Notes: generated by a model not told the origin, from the letters alone. Shown: positions 1 to 14,200, counted from the stretch's first letter. The stretch: 64,000 bases of DNA from Lingula anatina (GCA_051362555.1 CM120640.1:18848001-18912000); one strand, 5' to 3'. A program made the numbers and translations.

Positions 1-461
1 TCTCTTCTTGTTTTTTCTTTTTCAAAATTTTATGATAAGTAACTGGATCAGATTTTAAATGCTGTATAAGCTCCTGAAACAGATGTAGAATCAGTTAGTC
101 TAGAAGTCATACAGAATTTGTTTGACATTAAATTTTGCTCGTACATGTACATCTACTTTGTAACAAAAGACTTCATTACTTACACAGCCAGCTATAAACT
201 TAAATAGAATATGTAACAAGCAACCAGGATAGTCTAGGATACTTTAAAGTTACATATGTGGTGAATGTGGATTCCCTATAACACATACTAGTTTCTATTA
301 GTTTCTCATGCAACTCAAATTAAATCGATGAGCCAAAGGCTTTACCAAATTAATCACTCAATCAGCCATAAAAGAGCTTTACATCTGCAAGGTGTCATTT
401 GGTCAGTTTTTGTGGCAAAAATCCACCTTTAAGGTGTAATGCTCTGGATTATTATACATAC

Positions 462-611
462 CCGAAGGGCTTTCTCTGTCTCTGTTGCAGTTTGTTCCTC
501 ATATTCATCCTCTGTCATCTGACTGCAGTATGCACTGCGTAGAGGAGAAGGTTGGTCAAATTCATCCAAGTTTCCAAAACCTTCATGCTGTACAGGGCTG
601 GTGACTGCCAT
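462..611 (-). CDS. First coding exon of an unidentified gene transcribed divergently from RNF10 (continues beyond window start)
   Basis: The ATG at 611 follows a ctttAG acceptor (about 636) and a short UTR. It encodes MAVTSPVQHEGFGNLDEFDQPSPLRSAYCSQMTEDEYEEQTATETEKALR and ends at a GTATGT donor (phase 0). A probable non-coding first exon ends at an AAG|GTAAAC donor near 1396. Confidence 0.55.
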
Positions 612-1399
612 TTCTATGAATTTCCATTAATTATGCTAAAGACATTAAAATATGAAATCCAATATACTTTCTGTTTCTATTCTTGCACTTTTACAGCATC
701 ACAATTCTACTATTTTCTTCTTTACTATTGCACAAGTAATAACTGAAATAGCTTGATTATTAGGCAAACTATTATAACGGTTATCTGGCTAACAGAAACC
801 TATCTTAACCAACACTACTCTTATTCAAAACAATGAGACTGCAATAAAAGTGTTACACCTTCTCCCCCCTCCTTAAAGAAAAGAAAAAGGAAAATGCCTT
901 TCCTTGCTTTTTTCAGCATCACCCAGTACAGTATACAGTATGCACTTGCAAAATTTTTAAAGAGCTCAAAAGGTTTAAAATTAACAAAAACTTATTTTAA
1001 TCTCATATCAGTAGGGCAGACTATATTTATTTAATTAAAATTCCGATTATTTAATTTCAGTTTCCTAAACTGACGTTCGAATTTTCTCCCCTGACATTGA
1101 CAATGCTACAAAGAAAGTCTGATTTCTTTGATTTGACATAGGCAGTCAAATAACTATATTCCTCTTCATCAATGACAATGATCAACCTCATAGTCATAAA
1201 TAAATCCATTGTACAGACAAACTTTTTTAAACTAAGTTTTTAACAGTACCTTTTTTCAAATTTACCAGTCAAGGTATTACGGCTAGCATTTTTTACTTCT
1301 ATTAAGACCAGGTGATGTAAAGTCTTAAAAACAAAGTCCATTCAAGATAAGAACTATTCAGGTAAGTTGTTGACTACTGACCTAACAATGTTTACCTTT

Positions 1400-1820
1400 A
1401 AGTAAGCATCTGACTCTTCTGGTTTCATTTGAAACTACCGCAATCTCGTTATACGATAAATCTCGTGACTTGGAAGTAACATCCGGGCAAGTCAGAGTTG
1501 GGTCTTACAGAAGTTAGACCCACTTTCTCTTAGGCGCTTTCCAGCAGCTTTTTCGCGCGTCCAAAGTGGGCGACAGGGGGTAAATCCTCTGCTAAGCATT
1601 CTCGGTGCTTTTTTTGCATCTGTATTTTGTACTTTCATAGCTGTTATTTTGCTACAGAAGGCGAAATATTGCTTATATTTTGTTTGTTTTGGTCGAGATG
1701 GAGTTCTAAACATGGTCGCCATTCAGAATTTTGTCGGTCCTTGCTCATGCAACGGAACGGCCTTCGGGTCTTACTCAGATATTGAAGTAGATGCAAGAGA
1801 GTGTAGAAGAAACAGAAGAT
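1400..1820. promoter_or_regulatory. Probable bidirectional promoter / 5' UTRs between the minus-strand gene and RNF10
   Basis: A locally GC/CpG-enriched stretch between two divergent first exons. It contains an E2F-like TTTTCGCGC motif (about 1550). Confidence 0.45.
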
Positions 1821-4008
1821 ATGGACAGGAAAACCAACAACCGGGCTTCTTCTGTCCCACCTAAAGGAAATGGGTCGGATTCGGGCAACCGGAAGTCAGG
1901 TCGGTTCCCATGATCTTAGCTTTAACCATTTTCTCTACTTTATGCTTTAACGGTATAGAGAGATAAGAGTCTTGATAGGTGAAGTCTTGATCAGCTGGTC
2001 TAGTGCAGTGCAACCTTTTAAGCAAAATGTACTTGACAGGGTTTTAACAGGATGTCATAATTTATATGTAGGCTGTATGATTGTGTCCCTTAATTATTGT
2101 CTTTAACTTAGAAAAGAGAAAACCCTATAATTCTCCATAATAACTTAATTTGATTTGTTATAGTCATTCTGACTTCGGTAAGAAATGTTAACTTTCCAGT
2201 TTTGCAATTTTTAAAGTTTTATATTAATTGTATTTTCATATATTGATCAAATTCCATGGAGGTCATGGTCATTAATAAAATGAGGATTTCATGTGATTGA
2301 GCAACAGATTTGGATGACTGATATCCTTGATTATACTTTTCCCTTTCTGTTTAACAATTTAAGTGAAAGATTATTATAGAGAAAAGGGGAAATTAACATC
2401 TGTTATTATTTGGATATTGTTGGCTTGCAGTTGACATTAGTTTTCTTGCTTAGAAAGGGGAATACCTTATTATGACTGGAAAACTGGAAAATGGCTTTGA
2501 GATGAGCTGTGGGTTTAACTAAATACGGACTAGACATGTATGAACCATGTGAATTGAAATTGGGTGAAGGCTTACTTTCACTTATTGACAGATTTCTACA
2601 CCTTGCTGCAAATTTTCATATGCAGCTACCTAGAATCTGGGTTTCGTGTCTTTATTTTCAGTGTACATAGCAAATCATGTAAATTGTTGTCTTTTTGCTT
2701 TCAGTTACTTTGCAAATATGCAACTGAATTCAAAACAGATTTTTTTTTCATTCTAGATAATGGAAGACAGACTAGAAAACGAGACAATGGAAATAACAGA
2801 CCAAAACAAGAGCCTGGATTTCAGAGAAAACAGCCTGTGCCGCAGAAGTCAAAAGCATTTTCTGATAAAAGACCTCAATCTAGAGGCAACAAACATAACA
2901 GACAGAGGGATGAGGTGAGTGTTTTAGAAGACCGTAAATGAAATATTATGACCACCTCCACTACAACCAAACAAAAAAGTTAAGGAAAAATAGAACTTGA
3001 ACCACAGATACTCAGTTATAATTGTTAATTTAGTAACTTGATTTGGTCTTAAACATACTTAAGTTTTACATTTATGTGATAATGGAAGGTGAACATGCCT
3101 GAAATATTATTTATTTATATATCAATATATAAGTAATATTATTATGACTTGTTACTGTTAAATGGCACTAGGTGTCAATGTTTTGGATGTGTTGCTGCTA
3201 ATTTAAGGACAAAATGAAATGTGTCAAACTTTCAGGTAGCAAAGGAGGACAGGGCTGGACCTGAGTTGGGTTCGGCTCTGAGGCCCTTTGGCAAAAAGAC
3301 CAACCTCAACCATTTACTGAATTTTACTTTTGCCCCACGTGAGCAAGACTATTCAGCAAGAACAAGGACTAATGCAGGTCGTAGGAAGGTTAGATACAAC
3401 AAGGAGCAGTTCTTACAGGCGAAGTAAGTTGACCCATTTTGGACCACTCTAGCATACATTTCATATATTTGTAATTGGTGGACAGCGTAACCAAGTGGAA
3501 CATTGGAGTCATTACAGCAGTAGACTTTACTTTCATGCATGAGCTGGACAAGTCTGGCAGTTTTGTTAAGCCATCACTTATGGGAATGTAGCATGTTTAT
3601 ATTTCTTCAGATTTGTTTGCATATATTTAAGATAAAATGGTTTTTTATTGCCTAATTGCATGATGATGGGGAACTTCTGTAAATTTATTATTTTTAGTTG
3701 CCAGTTCATTGTGTCAACTGATGGCGATTACACTTTGAATGCAGTAGATCCAGACAGTTTGGTGGGCTGGGAACATATTGAACAAGTAGTGAGTATTATA
3801 TACTAGGAATGAAAATGAGGGAAAAATTAATATTCAATTTACATTAATGTAAACACATTCATACAGTTTGTTATTTCCCCCATTTTGCAGTTGGATTTCT
3901 GCACAGTTAATTTTTGTCTAAGTACTATAGAAAAATTGTATCACATTTTTTATATATATATAAAATATATATATATATAAATGTATATATATATATATAT
4001 ATATATAA

Positions 4009-4050
<42 letters not shown>

Positions 4051-7000
4051 GAATGCAAAGGAAACTGGTTTTACACATTCAAGTGAAATGAGTAATATCA
4101 CAATTTTGCTTTTCTTTGATTTTCAGTTGAGCAGTTTCCTGATTTTTATGCTTTCCATAGTTTACAACATTATTAAGTGCAAATTTTTTTACCCCTTATT
4201 TTCAGAGAATTTTCAGTTTTGAGGTACCTTCCTGTCCCATTTGTTTATATCCCCCTGTAGCAGCCAAGATAACCCGCTGCGGCCATATTTACTGCTGGAC
4301 CTGCATGCTGCACTATCTGTCTTTGACAGACAAAACCTGGAACAAGTGCCCTATTTGTTATGAGGCAGTGCATAAAGAAGACTTAAAAAGGTGAACGCTT
4401 TGATGGACATGTTGTAGACTTGTGAATTATGTTTGTAACATCACATGAATTCTATACATACATAGTGGGATTTCTTAGGTGGTGCCTTAACCCAAGCCTT
4501 GTGGAAACTTAAATTATATGTAGCTCCTCTGCTTTTTTCCATAATATACACACCCAAACCTTGCCACATGTTTTTTCCATTACAAATTTTTTATTCAACA
4601 TTTTGTTGCCCCAAAAATAGTTTTATTCAATTCTTGTTTCCCTGCTATATTGCTCTTGAAATTTAATTGGGTTTACCTGCATTTTTTAGTGTGTCAGCTA
4701 TGTCAGTCCACCAGTACAGCCCTGGTGACCAGATAACAATGAGACTGATGAAAAAGGAGAGGGGAACTACGTTTGCAATGCCAAAATCACAGTGGGAACC
4801 CAGAGAGGGAAGACCCTACAGAGTTGATGGTAAGTTACGTTCAGGGATTGGCAGTACCCTCCACCAGGGCGACTGATAGATTTTTTTTTACATATATTCA
4901 CAGATATGTCTCTAGATAGATAGATGGTCATTTTGGTTCTAAGTCACCCTGTTGAGAAATCTCAAGGCTGATTACATGGCTGATAATTGTTTGCATAACT
5001 GCTCAGGCACTGCCACTTAGCAGGTCCAGTCTAAGTCTGCTTGACAGCAATCAAGACAGTTAATTGCTCTGACTTTAATCACTTGCTCTTCTGTGAAAAG
5101 CCTTAGACTGGAAGCTCAGCTCATGCAGAGCGAGTACAAAGCCCTTGGCGCGCGCGCAGAGATAATTGTTTCCACATGGTATTTCTCAACAGGGTGACTT
5201 GGAACCAAAATGACCATCTATCTATCTAGAGACATATCTGTGAAAAATCTGCAAGTCGCCCTGGTAGAGGGTAGATTGGCAGCATCATAAGATTAGTAAT
5301 ATAATAATCCAGTAAAGTTTATGTGTGTCATGGCTTTTTACTAATACCTGATATATTATATATATATTTATATGTATATGCATTTATGAACAAGCAATTT
5401 TTATCAGATGTCATTATAGAGTATCCCACACTGTACTTTGAATACACAATATAAGCAGTTAACTATGTATTTTCAGATAAGGTTGATACACATTTTGGTA
5501 AACTGCTCCTGGCATCAGGCAGTTTTGTGAAAGACTTGATAAATGAAGAAAAACTGGCACTGGAAGAAAAAATGGGACAGGAAACAGATGTAAGTTGTAG
5601 TATAGGTCTGCTCAGATTTAGTTAATGTTATTATTCATACTTGTTGGATTTTGTACATTCTTTCTCGTTCAGTACAGAGCTCATAGTTAAAGTAGGTAAT
5701 CCACTTAATGTAGAGTGAAGACATAATCACAAGAAGTTATTTTTATATTTTAAAAAATATTTTTACATACATTATGATGTTAACATTGTAAATTTTTCAG
5801 ACTTTGGAAGAATCCTTTATCGAAGGGGCATTGGAGATATTAAAGAGTAAACAAGGGGTTAAGACTGAGGTTGAAGCTGTGACAACAAGACTCCAGTTGT
5901 CAGACTTGACTGTAGAGGATAAAGAGGAGGAGGTAGTGCCCATTGTCAAAGTAGTGAGTGAGGTCGGTATGAAGTCATTTAACTGATTTTTTTATTTATT
6001 TATTTATTTTTTATTTTTATTTTTTTTTTTTTTGTGATCTTCTGTGTGATCACTGTTTTTGAAAATTTGTTCATCAAAAAGTAGTTACATACTACCACAT
6101 TACTGTACATTTGTCTAAAGAAATTTGTTTGGTATAGGATGTTTGATTCAGTTTTCAGTGTAAATATGTGTCTGTTATATTAAGAATGATAGTTTTTTAC
6201 AAGTGCCACAGACCAGACTAGTCACTTGATGTTTGTTTATCTTGTAGAATGTTGTTGAGTATGTGTCGGCATTTGATGATGTGGAAGAAGAGAAAAAACC
6301 AATAGAGGCTGCTGCCACTGCCATGGACACAAACACCTCAGACAGCTCTGAAATGAATGGCTCAAGTCAACATATGGAACACATGGAGGAAGACAAAAGT
6401 GCTGACCACAGTGCAAGCATTGGTGAAGTTAGAGTGGACAGTGGGCAGCCTATGGTAGACAGTTGTCTGGTTGAGAATCCAGTTGACCAGGAATTAACAG
6501 TGGAAGAGGCTGCCGAGGAACTGGCCCTGCCACCAGCACCTAAACAGTCTGCACAGAAGTTTTTTTACTTCTATCAAGGTAGGGGGATTTTTTAAAAGTG
6601 CAGTTTCTCTTTAATTCATGAACCTAGACTGGTTTTAACAAAAAGTCTTTTATCAACAATTTTTTTTTTTTTACTGAAAAGAAGTTTGAATTTTATATCT
6701 TGGGCATCATCATAGTGATTACTATTTGAAGTCAAACATAACTTTCATTGTATCCAATGATATCTAATGCATGTTTTAATTTGTGGACAAATTTTGTTTT
6801 GACTCCATGAAACACTTCAATACAATTATTTCAACCTATTTATCTGTGTTCACCAGCTTCTGATGGCCAGAATATCTACATGAATTCCTTGAACATCCAA
6901 ATGCTGGTCCAGGAGTATGGTAGTCTGGAGAACTGTCCTGAAACCATCACAGCTTCCATTGTGGACATGGAGGGAATCTTCATGACAGAGGTATGAACAT

Positions 7001-9942
7001 TATGAACACAGACTTCCAAAAAATTTTTTTTGAACAAGGCATATTGTGAACTATGGGAGCATGATAGTCATAAGTGATGGGTAATTAATTCAGAGATATG
7101 GTTGTGTAATCTTTAAAGCAGTAAATGCTTGTAAGATAGAGTGCTACATTGAAGTTTTTTATGCCTGTCTTTTATAAAAGGCAGGAGGAATTATTATAGG
7201 CAGGTTTCATTACCTTCAATATTATTCATTTTTTGTCTAGAAAAGGACAGGTGAAATTTTGTGGTCATATTGATACCATTTGACTTTTATTGCAGGAGTT
7301 GCGTAAACGTCTGCGATACCTGAGCCACATGCCTCTTACCTGTGAATTCAGTGTGGCAGAGCTTGCGCTGAAATCGCCAATAGTTTCCAAAGAGACTATT
7401 AAGAAATTTGCAGGTAAAATCTTTGAAGCCTTTCAATCATTGAATTCAAACTTTTGTAAGACATGCTAATATTTAGAAATAGGCTACTTCAATATTACAA
7501 AGGAAATGATGATATATGTTCCATTATTCTTAATGATGACATTTGTTTTCACACAAAATGGTGAATGATGTAAAAGGTCATCTGATTCGGTGCACTTTTA
7601 ACATATATATAGGAATAAGACTGTTAACTTATATTTTAAACTGATAAACATATTTTATTTAAATGTTGCACTGCTTTGTTTTTGGCTCACAGGTCAGATA
7701 GATCACCGTAGAAGAATGCGACAGAGGAAAGCTAGGGAGGAGCACAAGAGAGCGAAAAAGATCCAAGCAGAAGAAAACAAAAAATATGGAATTTGTAAGT
7801 GGAAGCTTTTCTTTTATGCATCATTAGTAAATTTGGCTTTCTTTTCATCCAAAAGGGTACTATTTTTGTGATCTTTTTTTTTGGTATTTTTCTGGAACTG
7901 TGAACCTGTTTTAAGGCAAATGTGTCAGAAGTAAGCTTACTCTGTTTTAGACCCAGAACTGAGAGTACCACTGGAAAGTAGGTCCCAGTTCCCAGAGTAC
8001 AGCAACAGTGAAGCTCTGACTGATAGCCCTGGACTGAGGTCCTCATCTCCTTTGACCACTGCTTCCACCTCCTCTTCAGCAAACACACCATTTGGAAGTC
8101 CTCTGTCAAGTAAGTTGTTATTGCCAATATACCCACAGGCATGCATTCAGGCGTACATGTACACAATTGCACCTACACTGGATACCACTTTACTGCACAT
8201 GCTTGGAGTTCTTACAATTTCTTATTGATTGAAGGACTTCATCGCTGCAAGTCAATTTTCTACCCCAGTTAATTGAGCAAGATAAAGAATATAGTGTATA
8301 CTTCATTTCAACTAATTTTGTTGACTACTTTTATAAAAAATAAACCTTTAATATAAAATTATGTAAATTCATTTTCATTTCAGCACTGAACCCACTTGCA
8401 GCAGAATTTCAGCCAGGTTCTCCAATCAGTGATGATGGTCAGTCAAGTACTCCTTCCTTTGCACAGGTACATTTTCACTCTGATAACTACCTTAGTGTGG
8501 TGCATATTCAGTTAATTGTTCAATAGTTACACAAAGTAGGATTTCAAAATGCATTCAAAGATTGGATTGCTGCCTGTTGAACATGTCTAAGGACAGTTTA
8601 AACTATTAAAACAGAAAATGACAGGTAAATGGCCTACATCAGTATCACAAAAGTAATGATATTAACGCCCCCTGTCCAACCCCAGCAGTCAGCCTTTGTG
8701 ACACAGCTTGAAAAGAACGCAATTTTTGGAAGTCGAGTCGATGGAAATGAATGGCAAAAATGAAAAGCCTTAATGTGGGATTTGTTCTTTGGCTTTTTCC
8801 AAAACAGTTACAGAGTTATGGTGAGTGTCAGGAAAGGAAGATTTAAGGTTGGTAAATCCAGGGAAAATGCTGTTTACACTGGAATAAATCATTAAATGTG
8901 AATTTGGCACCAAAATCCACTTTTATGTACCTTTTATTTACTTTTTTTAATGAAAGTAAACTTGAAAGAATGCATGGAAAGAATATCATTAAAACATCTG
9001 ATGCAAAAAAAAAAAAAAAAAATAGGAATGTTGATAGAATGGTTGCTAATATAATGGGCTGAAGATAAATACCATCCGTCCTTTTTGGTGTTAATATTTA
9101 CTGGTGTGGTAGTTATTCCCATTTCTTTTCTTCCTGTATTTAATACCAATTTTAGATCGTACATCAAAATTTTTTAAGATTAAAAATTGTTCACATATAG
9201 AGTGGAAGGTTGAATGATAATGATGATGATGATGATGAAGATGATGATGCCCTATCTCAATTTCAGATGCTGAAGGCTGGCAAGGCCAAGCCCAATCCAG
9301 TAGCAGCCTGGCCAGTGCAGACGTCCAGCACCCCCTCCAGACCCCCCGGCCACAGCCCTGGGTCAGATGAGAACAGTGACAGTGAGGACAGGGTGCCTGT
9401 GCCAGTGTTCCAGACATCATTTGGGGATGCCATTCAAGCTGCTCTGGATAAACTAGATAGCCCAGGCACTGTGGAAGTAGCTGTGAATAATGGTAAGTGC
9501 AATTCTGAGAAAAGTTCTCTTGGCTTGTTTTATAAGGATTGCTGTATAGAAATGTAATGAAAATTAACCCCTGCCCTCCCAAGACCGCTTGTAGGCAGAT
9601 TTAGTGATGAATGAAATTGATTTATCCTTCTGTTTTTGGTAATGTTTGATCCCAGCAACATTTTGCATTTCTCAACCAGTTCAATAAAAAAATGTACACT
9701 TTCCCCAATTTATGTGTATGTATTTAACTGTTTGTTGTTCAGATCAAGTATTTCAAAAGTAGACTAGCTTATTAGATGTGATTTGTTATTATCTGAAGAA
9801 TTTTATGGTGAGCATGTGATTTGTAAAATTTAACAATTTACCCATTTTTACAGGTATTCCAAAGGAAGCTCCAACTACTGGGAAAAAGAAGAAGAAAGGA
9901 AAAACTTTGCTCTTCTCCACTTCAATGGCACGGTCAAAGTAG
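1821..9942 (+). CDS. RNF10: RING finger protein 10 (E3 ubiquitin ligase), 16 coding exons, 785 aa
   Basis: Exons 1821-1899, 2757-2914, 3236-3423, 3698-3788, 4206-4390, 4690-4829, 5477-5589, 5801-5962, 6248-6578, 6857-6990, 7296-7413, 7693-7794, 7951-8109, 8384-8466, 9267-9492 and 9854-9942 are all GT-AG and in frame (2358 nt). Diagnostic RNF10/Mag2 motifs: [26 protein letters not shown]3HC4 [33 protein letters not shown]...[39 protein letters not shown] and C-terminal [14 protein letters not shown]. Confidence 0.95.
3950..4049. repeat. (TA)n microsatellite in RNF10 intron 4
   Basis: Interrupted TA dinucleotide run. Confidence 0.9.
4855..5273. mobile_element. MITE / non-autonomous DNA transposon with about 100-bp terminal inverted repeats and a 9-bp TSD, in RNF10 intron 6
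   Basis: The left end TACCCTCCACCAGGGCGAC...CACAGATATGTCTCTAGATAGATAGATGGTCATTTTGGTT...GTCACCCTGTTGAGAAAT is mirrored at the right end (...GTCGCCCTGGTAGAGGGTA). The direct repeat GATTGGCAG flanks it at 4846-4854 and 5274-5282. Confidence 0.85.
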
Positions 9943-11217
9943 TTGGGACACAGGCTGAGAATTATACCATGTTTGATTGTAATTGAATTAACAGCACAGA
10001 CAGCAATGCTGTAAATATATTTACCAAAATGCCAATTATCCAAGATAGCCCAAAGTCCTGGAAATTAGCATACAAGTAAGAGGAGGTTGGATCATTAGTA
10101 ATGACAGACTAGTGAGGGCAGTGCAGCAACAAATAAAAGCTGACAAAATTTTATCTTCTGATATCTTTCTGGGTTCTTTCTTGTAAGTTCTGTGGAATTA
10201 AGTCTGTTGCACATAGTCACCATGTTCTGTGTGATACTTTTTTTATTGTTTTCTAAGACATTCAGTGTGCATAGAGGTTCACCCTTATTGCTGAGAGGTT
10301 GTTTTACCTCACCCCACATGGATTCTTGCACATACTTTAGACTCGCATGACCTCACACAGTACTTATAGGCTCCTTTAAGGTTTTCCTGGAGGATTCCCA
10401 TTGGAAAAACTAATAGCTTGGATTTGTTTGCCCAAGTTCATCCTGCACAGTTTATGCAGCTGCTTCAATATGCATACGGGGATTGTAAGTTGATGCGTTG
10501 ATAGACGTTAAAAACATTGTAGGCTTTTGTCATCTTGAAGTTACTTTTGTCTTTGAGTGTTGGCTTCACATGATGTTTACTTTTTGTCTTATGATGGTAA
10601 AATGTAATGTTATCAAGAAGAGGGGGGGGGGGTAGATTTTTACTCCCCCCCCTTCTAAACCAAGGCATGCTGTAGGTTTTAGCAGTATGAGAGGAAAAAG
10701 ACCATTACTGGTCACGTTTGTATATTTTAGTTGTGCAATTATTTTCCAGGACTCATGGGCAATTTTTTTTCCAGAATTGAAAATTGAATTTTTTGCTTGT
10801 GACATATCAAATGGATACATAACCCACCCAAAAATGGTGGAAATAATTTTGAATATTAATGTTACGTGAAATGAGATGTTGCACAATTTCATTTTCCACA
10901 GTGATGAACGCAGGATATATATATATGTAAAAATAATAATTTATTATCCATTGTATTTCTTATCCATTGTATTTGCAATACAATTAATCATAGACGTTAA
11001 GAAACTGTTCCTCTAACCTGACATTATGCAGGTTCTTGAATTTGTGTACTGAGCTTGTTGAAAACAAAATTGTTGCTTTTTTCTTGTAGTCGGGCATGAT
11101 TACATCATGATAACAAAATGGGTTAAGTTTTGTTTTAGGCTGTGGTACAGGGATTTATATCTGATCAATAAACTTTACACAGTTATAACTGCAGCGTTTT
11201 CAGTAACTCGTTCCTTC

Positions 11218-14200
11218 TCAACACCCGAACCATGTTGATCCTGTGGCTCTTGGATAGCCTGGCAGTAAATTTCGTCTACGGTTGTCAAACTTGTAGAAAC
11301 TGAAAGACGAGCGAATATAATGTTATAAAGATTGTGTTTCTGAGAAAATGACTGTGATTACTGCAGTAATACACTTTCTTTCTCGTTATGTAATACGTAT
11401 TAAGGTGGCAAATTAATCTGAAGGACTTTTTACAACTGAGCTTTCTTCCTACCTTGGAAGGGGGGGCGTTAACCATTTATCCAATAATGGAAGATTATAC
11501 AATAAACTACTTACCTGTTTCCTTTAAAGAAATAAGAAAATCTGTTGGCGTCTGTCACAATGGTTGCGTCCAAATCACCCGGGATGTTCCTCCAGTACCT
11601 CGTAATCGGCGCGGGATATCCCCGAGCAATCCTCATGCTATCTCTCCCTTCTAGAAGCTGGTAGTACTGGTTCCCCTACAAACAATAAGAAATTTTTAAA
11701 CATTAGAAAAGAGCGGGAGTTTTTAGATCAAAATGTGGAGAAGTATCTTTAAATTGGGCTTCTTGCTTCACAATGAGTACTATATAGGTAAATGAAAAAA
11801 TTGGGTTACTGAAGGATAACTGTTTTCTTTACCACCCCCCCCCCCCCCCCCTTTCTGTATTTCATACGACACAGCTAGGAAAGTGCGCTTTGTTGGAATA
11901 CTTCAATACCTCAAGTATATAAAATGAATTTTGGAGCGAAATGCCTGCTGTTATTGACAAATATCAAAATCGTACATGGAATGCAACCTGAGGTACATGT
12001 GCTGCCACGGCTTGTTCAAATCGACTTCGAACTGATGATGATCGGAACCAAGCCATAGTCCTATTTTGGCCACGAAAGATTTTATTCAAGCTAATGCACT
12101 GTATAAAGGAACATATTTTTAATGAATCAGTTTTAATCATATATCCCCAGAAATCGCCGCTGAATAAATAAACGTTTTCATCATGCATGCGTATTTTGTA
12201 TTACCCTCTTTGAAGCGGTTATCGGACGCATACTTTTTCAGATGCATTTTAAGTCACAGATGAAGGAAAATGTTATTTCTAATTCTCGCCAAGAATTTCA
12301 GTGGTTATCTGGTGTTTTTATTATGCTTGAATAATGACATACGCCAATCGTACTTACATTAAAAATGAACAAATTCCCGTTTCTCCAAGTCAAGGCTCCC
12401 TGTATGCTTGAGGGGAACCTCGGATCACTGATTGTTGTCCTAGAAATAAGTGTGTTGCCTCTGTACTTGAACAGTTTTTTACCTGGAATTAAAACCTTGA
12501 GTTTTAATTGTTTGTATCATTAGAACAGGGATCAGTTCTCTCTTTCTCTCTCTCTCACTCACACACTCACACACACACACACGCACGCACGCACGCACAC
12601 ACACACACACACACACACATCATGGATATTTTTATTCGAGCCAATATTCCCTCTCATTCTAAGTAAGTATAAAAAAGTGCACCTTTGAATAAATAACTGA
12701 AGCCAGTTCTATCGGAATGGGTGGCAGCATCAATATTACTTGGTGCGCTCGGGAAGTCGGCAGTGATCGCCCTCGGGTAGCCGCGTGCCACTGTTCCCTG
12801 CGCTGTTAAACGGTACACCTGACTCCCACTAAATACGTAGTAGTTTGAATTTGATACTGAAAATACGAAATAAAATCTTTAAAAATTTTTCAGTTTAAAA
12901 GAGACTTTGTGATTCAAAACTTTAAAAAGATCTATGAAAAGATATTTGTGCTGCATTTATACCTAAAAGTACCTACTACATTATATTGAATATGCATATT
13001 TTTAGTCAGGTCGATTAATGCATAATGTATACTATTGATTCTAAAACCTCACACTTAGAAACTGACATTGTGCACTACAAGGTCCTTTCTTAACTGACTG
13101 GTCTGAACAGAGAAACTGTGCAGTATAATTCAAGTTAGACTGATAACCATGCAAAGCGTTTACGTGTTTGTTCAAGTGGGGCATATCTTCTCTTTAAATG
13201 CGAAAAACCTTAAACTTGCTGAAAGCACCGCAGCAAGACTTGTACTTAAATAAATAAATAATAGCATGTCAAGAAATAGAAATGTCGAGCAAACTATGAC
13301 GAAACAATAAAAAAATGGAGTATTGGACTATATTATAGTTCTTACCTTCCATCATGCCGTCGATCCTGAAATTATTGGAGCACTGTGATCTGTTGCCGTT
13401 TCCTGTGGTTGGCCCTCTGGTGGGCCGTGGAGTGGGACGTGGGGTGGGCCTCACAGTAGGTTGGGGAGTAGGTGGCCGAGTATTACGCCCTAGAAATAAA
13501 AGATTTCTTATTTGACAATGGCTATTGATAAATAGTTATGCAGTCGTAAAGCGTTTAAGATTGTGGTCGATTTCCCACTTCTAAAAGACACAATATCTCA
13601 CGAAATATGCATTAACAATATTTCTTAAGCAAATGCTACAATTGAATGATTTCCGTGTCTGTCATGCACTAGTATCTCAGAATAGCAAGTAGTTTGGCAA
13701 AAAACTTTTAGACAAAGAATTTTATCCTGCTTAAATTCTTTTGAAACTGCCTGACAGTAATGTACAGCTTTAACCAAACAGGTTCAAAGACTTTAAGCCT
13801 GAAACTTGAATGTGACTTAAGCAAGATCACACATGCATACCATATATGCGTTGGATTCTCTGAATGTCGTCCCTGCGCAGCGCAAAGTTGCGTTCGTAAC
13901 CCCCGTAGAAGGGTGCAAGGACAGCTCCACGTACTCGGGAATGCGGCAGGCCGAGGAGATGGCCTATCTCGTGAGTGGCCACAATCTCCAAATCGATCCC
14001 GCCTCTCGGCTTGTTATTGGCCGTCCAGCGCTCGCTTTCATCAAAACGAGTGTTGCCATTCTCTGGGAAGAATGCATATGCCAGAACACCTCCTTGAATA
14101 AAATAATCGGGGGTTGACTTGCAATAAAAAGGAATAACAGCCGTTCATAGTACATATCAGATAATGAAAAACTGAATTATATTTACTCTTAACATTTAGA

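Noticed and set aside
9210-9266. Poly-Asp N-terminus (MNDNDDDD...) and the antisense poly-His ORF
   Set aside because: This is an intronic (GAT)n microsatellite upstream of the true TTTCAG acceptor at 9266.
9943-11200. Several 60-140 aa ORFs repeated in each unit
   Set aside because: They lie in 3' UTR sequence, recur only because of the duplication, and frameshift between units at homopolymer runs.
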